Part shown: piece by piece, positions 52,596 through 62,200 of the stretch
Layout of the letters: each line of letters begins with the position of its first letter
Position numbering within the stretch: the first letter of the stretch is position 1
Assembly: GCA_043228905.1 (NCBI GenBank)
Contig: JBHGNT010000003.1
Location: forward strand, 7,936,001-8,000,000
DNA length: 64,000 nt
DNA from: Azolla caroliniana
Lineage: Eukaryota > Plantae > Polypodiophyta
Direction of reading: 5' to 3'
The notes under the pieces: model-generated
Databases searched by the model: none
Seen by the model: only the letters and a program-made list of their open reading frames with translations
Told to the model about the DNA's origin: nothing
Made by a program: the position numbers and the translations under genes

Positions 52596-54312
52596 CTATA
52601 CGATGGTCTATATTACGTTTAGGAGGTAAGCCATCTGGTAGTTCACTCGGTAAAACATCACGAAAATCATTTAAGATTTCATCAAGTTGTTGTTGTTCAA
52701 AATATGTTAATTGAACCGAGACATTATCGATATTGTAAACGTGAATGTCTGGATCAAGTACACAATAAAATAGAGTAGAACAAGACAGCTCGGATATTGA
52801 TGGACACGAGGAAACAATCGAGAGGGATTGTTTTTTTACACATTGAATAAAATGAGTACAATCGTTCAGTACAAATGTAATTGAATGATGAGCCCAATCA
52901 ATAGATAAAGAAGAGTTTTTATTATAAAACCAGGGATAACCTAGTATTACATGGGTGGTACAAAGATTCATTACATGGAAGTCTACTTCCTCTATATAAG
53001 TATCAATAGAAATTCCTAATGAATGAATCGCCCCGTTGATGTATTGTACTCTTCCATTAGCCAAGTGCACTGTGTAGGTGTGATCAGTTACAGTGGATTG
53101 GATTCCCCATATCTGAACCAAACGATCATTCACAAAGTTGTGTGAGCTTCCCGAATCAAATAAAAATTGTACGGGAGATCCATTGATATACCCGTTTGCA
53201 CGTAGTAAATCATTGGGACCCAATACATAGTGAGGGAAAGAACATTGACAATTACTTAAATGATGTGTATAGACCTGAAGGACATTAGGAATCTGACCTT
53301 TATGGTCTGCAGTTTTAGCTTTGTTGTCGTGCTCTTTCCGTTGGAGCTTTCGACATTGCTCTTTTGTATGACCCTTCTTTTTGCAGAATACGCAAAAGGA
53401 TGTTGTCGCTTACAATCGCGATCCATGAATTTGTTGGGTGTCTTGCGTTTCCCAGCGAATTGCGACTGCTTAGTCCCGGGCGCTTTTATTGTGGTCCTTC
53501 TTCGAATTGCGTTGATAGCGAAGAACTATTTCAATGGCCTCTTCGAAGGATTTTGTATCCTTATCGTGCACTATCCAGTGATAGTCTGAATTAGGGATGC
53601 CATTGACAAAACAAGATATTAACGAATTGTCCCCTTCTAGACCTGATTTTTGGATTTGGGTTCTAGCATGGTGGACATAGTCTTCTAGTGAGGAAAACTT
53701 CATGCTAGAAACGTTCATTAAAGCTTGTGCTGCCTTGGTTCGAGAGGGAGGTTGCAGAAATTGGCCCTTGAAAACTGTGACAAAATCTATCTAGGTATCG
53801 GGCAATTTCCCCAAAGTACGGAGCCCATGCCACCAGGCGGCGGCCTTACTCCCTAGTTCTCGGCCGACATATGCAATCTTCGTACTATCTGGCGTGGGAT
53901 AGAGCTCAAAATGAGACTCCCATCGGCCCAACCACATGCAGATTGCTTCTTCGGTTCTTTCCTTTTTTTCTCCCGTAAATGGCTTAACGAAAAACGATGG
54001 TTCACCTTGTCACTCATCAGGTCTATTAGTCTCACGTTGTAGACTAATGACACGTGCCTCGAGAGCACTTTGAGATTGCCGAAGTTCGGTCATCTGTTGA
54101 GCGGTGAAACTAAGGTATTGGGTTATTTGCGAAAAATACATCTCAATGGACATTTGTCCAGGAGGATTCCCTTGAGTTCCTTCCGCTTGAGCGGATGACA
54201 TCAGGTCGTTATTTTGAGCCATTAAATGATTATTTCTAGAAAAGAAATAGGATAAGGTCAGAGAGATAGTCATAACATCATGTTGTGATGTAAACCTATC
54301 ATGGGCGAGCAT
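52596..54312 (-). pseudogene. Gypsy gag and aspartic protease (broken)
   Basis: CVFCKKKGHTKEQC zinc knuckle (~53395-53354), FLFDSGSSHNFV protease, and LPPKRNIDHRI leading into RT. Confidence 0.88.
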
Positions 54313-55388
54313 TAATCGATATCATTATCTCACGTCAATACCCCTCTAGACGTATGAGATGAGGTTCAAGATCAGGTTACTATGGTAACACGAAGGTGTT
54401 TTAAAAACCATGGGGGTGACAAATAAATGTCTTTCCCTTATCTCTATATTAATTTTTTCATGGTGGCTCCCCGAGGCTCAACCATGTATGTTCGCGTCAT
54501 GAATAGTTTATACACGAAAAAAATGTTAACAATAAACTAGTTTCGGTGCCCACATATGTGGTTTCGGCTCTTTAAGTCCTATTACGAGGACCCCGAAGTG
54601 CACTTAGACCTCAAGTCTAAACATGTGTTATAGAATATGTATCAACGATGTTGTACGGTCTTGGTCATATTTGAACTCGAGACCTCGAGAACAAATGCAT
54701 TAAACACTTGAGCCAACCAAGTAGGTTGCTCTTCTTGAATGTTTAATGTTCCATGCGTATAAGAGATATGCGAGGCATTTGCCCATATATGTTTTTTTAA
54801 AAGAAACATATATGTCAAGAGTCCTTATTTCACCCTCATTTACTACAACTATGTTGGTACGTTACCTAACCTCAAGTCTCGTAATTACGATGGCATACGC
54901 CAAAGTGCAAATGCGCCCTCTTTTCGTAGTAGGCCCACGTGGCCCATCACATGGTCACGTCATTACGAATGCCTCTCATAAAAATGATCTCATGGTGGCA
55001 TCGTATCCATGTAATGAGGGAGGGATGTTGGATACGTGTGTCATAGGAGTGACCTCACATGAAGTAGGTCAAGCCCTATGTACTAAAAATCATTATGGTT
55101 ATAGCGTTTCTTTACGTAATGAAATATCAAAGTCACCAACGAGGATTTCAACAATAAAAAATTGTTGAAAAAAGGGATGGTGACAACATGATTCTCACAA
55201 AAATGTGAGGACAACCACCAAGAACCTTTCCCCGAAAAGGAAAACATTCGATTTAAAATCACGTAATAACTTATATACACATATGTATATTATCACATAT
55301 ATACGATCAACTACGTATACATGTGACCACATATGCCTATATTAAAGAAATCGTTATATTTAATAGCCAAAAATGACGTAATCGAGAT

Positions 55389-55645
55389 ACATAATTGAGG
55401 CATATACCTCTACGCACACGAGACATCCAAAAATAAGGGTTCAACGTAATACACAATTGAGGTATTGACCTCTTACGCATACGAGACCAAACACATATCA
55501 TTTACAACAAAATCGAGGTGTTGACCTCATACGCAAACGTAACATATGTTCGTGAACGTAATATGTAATTGAGGTATTAACCTCGTACGCATACGACACT
55601 CATCACATATTATTTATATGTCAAATGAGGTATTGACCTCGTGCA
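55389..55645 (-). repeat. Array of five hairpin-forming repeats in the Gypsy 5' leader
   Basis: GAGG-N6-CCTC at 55397, 55459, 55515, 55571 and 55627. Confidence 0.85.
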
Positions 55646-55898
55646 CATATTTAAGCATTTTAGATAACCAATTAAATACCACTACAACATCATTTGATTA
55701 ATGAAAATAATCTACATATTAACCATACACATGATTAGATGGGAGAAGAAAAAATAGAAAAAAAATAACAAGAAAGATTACCGAAGTTCCTTGTTGATCC
55801 TTGTCCGCATGAAGGCCAACCGCACAACGATCGATCGCCATTCATTGAGAAGATAAGACCAACAAAAGAAACATTAGTATAATGGCTCGGATACCAAA

Positions 55899-56354
55899 TA
55901 TTAGAGACATGTACTAAAGTAAGCATTAGATAAGGATAGATCTAGGTAGATAGAAAGAAAGGAGAGAGAGAAAGAAGGGTACCAATCCACCCGACCACCC
56001 CCGAGCGAAGGGATCGAGACGGACTCGAGCCTCGATTAGCGTCCCATACCACCGCCGTGGCGTTGAGTTGTACCTAGTGCTGGCGCGCTCGCTACAAGAG
56101 TTGACCCACCACAAGACAGAGTCTCGACGTAGTCAACAAGATGATGAAATGAGGGTAGCTAGGCCTCTATTTATAGCGATACCCAAGGCCCCCATCCATG
56201 TTCACACTTGGCCTAATGGGTTGTCTCAATCTCGAGGATTTAAAAGTAATCCTCCCCTTCTTTACACTCTCGTTTAACCCTCACACTTATCCACGTGTAT
56301 AGAATACTACGGTAAATTCTCACCACGGGATATTATATGGTCATGCCCGTAACA
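55899..56354 (-). repeat. Gypsy 5' LTR
   Basis: Followed by the PBS on the minus strand. Confidence 0.95.
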
Positions 56355-56359
56355 TCACG

Positions 56360-59300
56360 ATTCTCATTGATTGATTCTCTTGAGCTAGCAGTTTGGGACA
56401 AATTGGCATAAGAGGTTTTGATGTTGGATGTATGGAAATGGTTGCATCAAGATGAGGTTGGGTTTACATTTTAGTCTATGCAATACAAGGAAACATGGAG
56501 TAGGTTAGATAGAATGTACGTTATGCATGATGAGTCTTTTTTGCCAGAGATGCTTAATATGTCAATTATGCAAGAGGTTGTGACATCGGATCATTTTCCC
56601 ATATGTTTTGAGTTTAATAAACATGGGGTAGATATATACAAAACATTGCTTCAACGAGTTCCTTTGAGGTTTAATTCTTCTTTATTATTACATTCTTTAT
56701 TTGATGCCTATATGCAACAAATTTTGACATGTTTTCAGAACAAGTTATTTCAAAAGGATGGCATGCATGGGATACAACACTACAAAACATCAATGATATT
56801 CATAGTATGTATGGTATGACTAATGCTAAAAGACGTAAGAAATTGATTGATAAGTTTTCATATATTCTTACGCGACGCAATATACTATTGATGAATAATC
56901 CACATGATGAAGAGCTTTTGGATGTTCAAGTTCAAGTACAAGACATTGTGAAGAATTTATCTTGTCAAAGTTATCAATAGACAAGACTACGTAAATTAAA
57001 GGAGGGATTTATAGATAATCAATCACAATCTCATATGTTTTTTCAAGGATTAAGACCACCATATGCTCGTTCAAATGTGGTACAAATTAAGAAAGGGGAT
57101 GACATTGTTGTAGACCCAGTCAAGGTTATTGAGTTATGTATTACTCATTTTAAGAATTTGATTGGGCCAGAGTTGATTATTAATGAGGATGTCTTGAAAG
57201 CACGACAAGAGTTTTATAATGTAATTGGGAGTGCCGTGAATACAAATATTTGTCAAGAATTGGATGCCGATTTTGAAGAAGCTGAGGTGGAAAAGGTATT
57301 GTTACACCTTCCAAATGGTAAAAGCCCTGGCTGGGATGGTGTTACAAATGAAGTTTTTAAGAAGTATGCTAGCATGCTTAAGAGTCCATTCACACAAATG
57401 TTTCAACAATGTTGGGATTTTGGTTTCATGCTTGAGAGCTGGAAGGTGGGCTTAATCAAATTGATACCAAAAGTACCATCTCTAGAGTCATTTCATCAAT
57501 GGAGGCCTATTTCATTAATGGGAGGGTTGTACAAAGTGTTTGCAAAGATATTATTCAATAGACTTAAGAAGTTATTACCTCAACTTATTCATCCATCTCA
57601 ATATGGTTTTATTACAGGTAGAAATATATTGCATAATGTTTTGAATGTTCAAATGACGACCGATTATGCTCCACATACACATCAAGAAATGGTTATGGTG
57701 CAATTAGATTTGGAAAAAGAATATGATCATGTTAATTGGTCTTTCCTCTCAAGTGTGATGTATAATATGGGGTTTGGTCCTCGTATGTGTCGACTTATCT
57801 TTTTGCTAGGGCAAAATGCAATCTCCCGTGTGATGCTTAATGGCGGAGTCACTCCGAAAGTGTTTCTTACTAGATCCGTGTGGCAAGGATGTCCATGAAG
57901 CCCATTGTTATTTGCTATTGTTACACATCCTTTGTTAGTAATGTTCTCAAATCTTGCGGCTAGTGGTGATATTGTGGGTTTGCATCTTCCTTCTGGTGGA
58001 CAATTGGTGGCACAAGCATTGGCAGATGATTCTTTTATGTTTTTACAAGCCTCAAAAGAAAATCTTAAAAGGACTATGCAAGTTTGGGATCAATTTGCTT
58101 TGGCTTTAGGGTTGTATATAAATTGGAGGAAGTCTCGCCTTATTTCTTGTACGAAGAGTGATTTGGAATGTTTGGGATGGCGAGGGTCAGTGATTACACG
58201 AGGTTCAATTCATCGACATTTGGGTTATCCATTGGGCATTGATGTTACAAATGTTCAATTGATTGATTGGATTGGTAGTAAATTGAGGGACAAATTTATG
58301 TATTGGAAGTCTCAATTATGGCCCTTTCATGTACGACTCAAAGTGGCGCAATGTATCTTGATACCCATGTTATTATATTTTTTGCCTTTACTTCCTTGGA
58401 CTAAGAAGACATTACAAAGCATGTTACAACCTATTCGGTTCATGTTGTGGCAGAAGGGAGAAATGATGGGAGTTACATGGATTTCATGGGACCATTTGGC
58501 TACTCCTAAAAGGTTAGGTGGTGCAGCAATAATGGATTTGGAAAGGCATTTGATGGCTCGTAGATTTACATTATTACAAGATATATGTCAACAAGATCAA
58601 CCATGGATATCTATGATGCAATATTTTATTGAGCATGAAGGATTGGTGCATTGGAAAACAAAGATTCAAGCATCATGGTGGTCACTACTGAATGGAAGCA
58701 TTCCTCTAAAGATTTGACATTCTGTATGTGGACAACATTTGGTAAGATCGTGGCAAGATGCATTATCCCTTTTTGAATGGGGACCATCAAGTGATCGAGA
58801 ATATTGTAATTCATTACAAAATGAATTGCTTGTTTCTTCTCGAGTGTTATTTTGCCATGGGAAAGAGAAGTTGAGATCTTAATTCAATCGTTTATTTCGA
58901 TTGGGGATTGTACATTTGGAAGATGTGGTTGATAATGGATCTCAAAGGTTGTCGGATTTTGAAGATGCCAAGAGATGGTTATGTATTCCCCCAAATTATG
59001 GATTTATTTGGGAGAAATTACATGATATATACCATTGTTGCAAGGATCTTTGCCATTGAAAACCAATTTTGTAGCTTGGGTAGATTGGTGGTTACAAGAT
59101 GGTACACGCTTGTTACAGGTCACTACAAATATATTGTATCATCATGCGATGACATCATTATCTTGACTATCTCCTAAAGCAACGAAGTTGTGGAATGTAT
59201 ATAAGTCAGATGCAAGGTGGTGGAAAATATTACGACGTGGTTGGCATTCCCATCTACCATTTTGTGCAAAGGTATTCATATGGAGAGTCATGATTGGTGG

Positions 59301-60652
59301 GCTCCCATTAGGTTCGGCCTTAAAGAGACAAGGACTAGGGTCTGTCACTTGTTTCTTTTGCATCGTTCCATTGGAGGATAGTACACATAGGTTCATTAAA
59401 TGTCCTATAGTGTGTACCATTTGGAAGTACTTATCAGACATTTGGCAAGTTTTAACCCGTTGTCGTGCCTTTCGGCTCCAGATCGTTGCGTGAGTCGGGT
59501 GGGAACCGCTGAAGTTTTGGACTAGGAGAAAGAAGAATTTGAGACGAGTTTGGTTATGAATAAATTATAAGAAAGAGATATAGAAATTTCGTGAATCCCA
59601 CGAGTGTATTGTATTCGATTAATCAATATTTAGATAAGAATATGTATTTAGATTGAAAGAAAGAGATTAAAAAGAACTTGTGAGTCCCACAAGTATAGAT
59701 TATGTCGTGAATCCCACGAATATATTTTATTAATTGGTCAATCCTCCAAAAATAATCAACCCCTATTACATTGTGCTCTTCATCCTTATATAGTGATGAG
59801 AGAGTCTTAACAATCCATGCTTTTTCTATAGATAGACTATATGCTTTATCTAAAGTGATCATGCTTTTTCTAACTTGTGCGTTTTATTATTATTATTATT
59901 ATCGACTATAGCGTTCATGCACGCTAGATGTGCATGCGTAAGTTTTTCTTTTTTTATGCGTTTTTCTTTTAACTAAAGTTTATCCTAGGTGAACTTACAT
60001 TTCTATGTGGGACATCTACTTTTTAACACTAATGAAATGCTAGTGTAATGGTAAGGTTTCACATTATTAACATGGAGGTACAAGGTTTGAATCTTGCCCT
60101 ATGCATGTAATGTATATTTTTATACTTTCTTCTATTTACAAATATGTCTCTTCATCCGGCGAGAAACTCACCGGCCTTCTTCATCCGGTTCTCACCGGGT
60201 CCTCCTTACCGGTTCCTCCTTGCCGATTCCTCCTTCATCCGATTCCTTCCGGTTATCCTTACCGGGTCCTCCTTACTGGTTCCTCCTTGTCGATTCCTCT
60301 TTCATCTGATTCCTTCCGGTTATCCTTTTCACGTAGTGTACGAAATACACTACGATACCGTTGTTGTTTGAGACCTCAACAATGGGTTTTTTCTCAATAT
60401 GTTCAAAATGGATCAAACGATGATCTGATGGAGATATTGTTCCAATTTTTACGTTATTGGGGTCTACAACACAATTGGAATATGCGTAATGCTTTCATGT
60501 TTGATAATAGACATGGGGTGAAAGCCTATATAAAGAAGCTTAAAGGTATTCTTATGTGGAAATTTTGGATGTTAGAGCATGTGGGGATCATTTCCTCAAA
60601 TGCATATTTAGGTTTTTTAGTAGCATTACAGAACGTCCCTCTCCCTACATAG
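56360..60652 (+). pseudogene. LINE ORF2 remainder (endonuclease end, RT, zinc finger), with stops and frameshifts
   Basis: SRLDR, SDHFP, KSPGWDG, WRPISL, QYGF, DLEKEYD, QGCP, LADD, HLGYPLG and CFFC...EDSTHRFIKC motifs. Confidence 0.92.
59461..60357. mobile_element. Solo-LTR-like insertion (897 bp) in LINE ORF2, 4-bp TSD CCGT
   Basis: Ends TGTCGT...ACGATA; CCGT at 59457-59460 and 60358-60361. Removal restores the LINE frame (VLTRCCLRP). Internal CCGG-rich tandem repeats at 60150-60325. Confidence 0.75.
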
Positions 60653-60733
60653 GCATATGATAGGTAGAGGAGACTAAGAAGTGTTGTACCTAAGTGGATT
60701 TTACATACAATTAATATAATTGTGTGCTTTTAC

Positions 60734-60789
<56 letters not shown>

Positions 60790-60791
<2 letters not shown>

Positions 60792-60875
60792 CCAGATGGA
60801 TGTAGCTCAGTTGATAAGGTTGTCCAATGGAGACCAGGAGGTCATGGGTTCAATCCTACATTCCACAGTGGCATC
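60790..60875 (+). other. tRNA-derived (SINE-head-like) sequence, not a functional tRNA
   Basis: A-box-like TAGCTCAGTTGA (60803) and B-box-like GGTTCAATCC (60847); no intact cloverleaf. Confidence 0.55.
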
Positions 60876-60974
60876 TAGTGATTTAAGAGATATGTATGAA
60901 GTATATAATAAAGAGGTAAGAAAATTGGGTTTCGAACCCAAGACTCCAATGCGTGTAGTGTAACAACTTACTAC

Positions 60975-61455
60975 TAGAGTAAGCTAATTACGATAAAGAA
61001 AGAGAGAAAGATATATTAACGTCTTCTAAGACCAAAATTGGCCCATGAGACACTTGGTAAGCTAATTATGATAAAAAAAAAGACAAGGAAAGAAAGATAT
61101 ATTAGCGTGGTAAGCTAATTACGATAAAAAAAAAAGAGAAAGAAAGAAAGAAATATTAACGTCTTCTAAGACCAAAATTCGCCCATGAGACACTTGGTAA
61201 GCTAATTATGATAAAAAAAGAGAGAAAGAAAGAAAGATATATTAACGTCTTCTAAGACCAAAATTGGCCCATGAGATACTTGGTAAGCTAATTACAATAA
61301 AAAGAGAGAGAAAGAAAGACAAATATATTAACGTCTTCTAAGACCAAAATTGGCCCATGAGATACTTGGTAAGCTAATTACAATAAAAAGAGAGAGAAAG
61401 AAAGACAAATATATTAACGTCTTCTAAGACCAAAATTGGCCCATGAGACACTTGC
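60975..61455. repeat. ~80-90-bp tandem repeat, about 6 units
   Basis: ggtaagctaatta...atattaacgtcttctaagaccaaaattggcccatgagacactt repeated. Confidence 0.9.
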
Positions 61456-61899
61456 TTTACAACAAAAATGGGGCATTTACCCATTCATTGAAAGTAAAAA
61501 AGAAAAAGAAAAAAAGAACTTAAGTTAAATAGTTCTAGTAAAAAAACATGTTCTATAACAAAATGGCTTTATACTAGGTCTAGTTTCATTTCCATCCAAG
61601 CCTCTCGAAAAGAAGCGGGAGGTCAAAGGGTTTCGATGCGGATGTGGCCTAGGGTCCCAATGTAAAAGGTACTCCAACCATAGCTTCTAGACGGTGTAGC
61701 TCACGTTCCCTTATTTTCTTAATTGTTTCTACTCCACGTCAAGTTGCTTTGAAGCTTGACATCCGAGGGCGTTTGGTTGTTCTTTGCTTTTCTGCTTCAG
61801 TAGGGGAGAGGCTGAGTGGTGTAGGTGTGTCCACATTCATCGTCTCCCCTTGTTCCTGAAAAGTTTCATTAGTTACATGTTTGTGAATATTAGAATGGT

Positions 61900-62200
61900 T
61901 ATGGTTAACATTTTGTACCTTATTCTCTCTATGTTGTTTTAGCTCTAAGATGTACCTACCTAGTCTCTTTATATCCGAGGTATCTAATAGTTTGGAGAGG
62001 GCCCTAGTATGTGTTGCTATTTCACCCTTATCTCAACGAAAGTTGGACACTTGCATGTAAAGTGATACTCATCCTCAATCTCTATGTGGCGTAATCTAGA
62101 TATCCTTTCCTTTCTAGGGACTCTATTAGTACGATCATTCTCAATCTCAAGTTGGTGAGATGATATCCTACGTTGTCTGATGAAAACCCTTAGTGCATTC
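61900..62200 (-). mobile_element. 3' end of a non-L1 LINE (RTE-X/L2-like C-terminal motif), interrupted by Copia-3
   Basis: RISSHQLEIENDR...PRKERIS...EIEDEYHFTCKCPTFVEIR. Confidence 0.6.

Larger units (their letters stand above)
38493..56354 (-). mobile_element. Ty3/Gypsy chromovirus LTR retrotransposon (degenerate), TSD TCACG
   Basis: 456-bp LTRs at 38493-38948 and 55899-56354 (~7 mismatches by eye). TCACG at 38488-38492 and 56355-56359. PBS TGGTATCCGAGCCA at 55896-55883; PPT 38949-38962. Domain order gag-PR-RT-RH-INT-chromodomain. Confidence 0.96.
36410..60737 (+). mobile_element. Full-length L1-type LINE, disrupted by nested insertions, flanked by (GA)n
   Basis: ORF1 36624-38050; ORF2 38047-38492 + 56360-59460 + 60362-60652. 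GA runs at 36380-36409 and 60737-60787. Confidence 0.9.

Noticed and set aside
40286-52622. Many antisense and alternate-frame ORFs over the Copia elements
   Set aside because: Shadow ORFs expected from GC-rich coding sequence; no recognisable domains.
55389-55645. CRISPR array
   Set aside because: The repeats are degenerate, the linkers are alternately homologous rather than unique, there are no cas genes, and the context is a plant retrotransposon.
60790-60875. Functional tRNA gene
   Set aside because: A and B boxes are present but the acceptor and anticodon stems do not pair.
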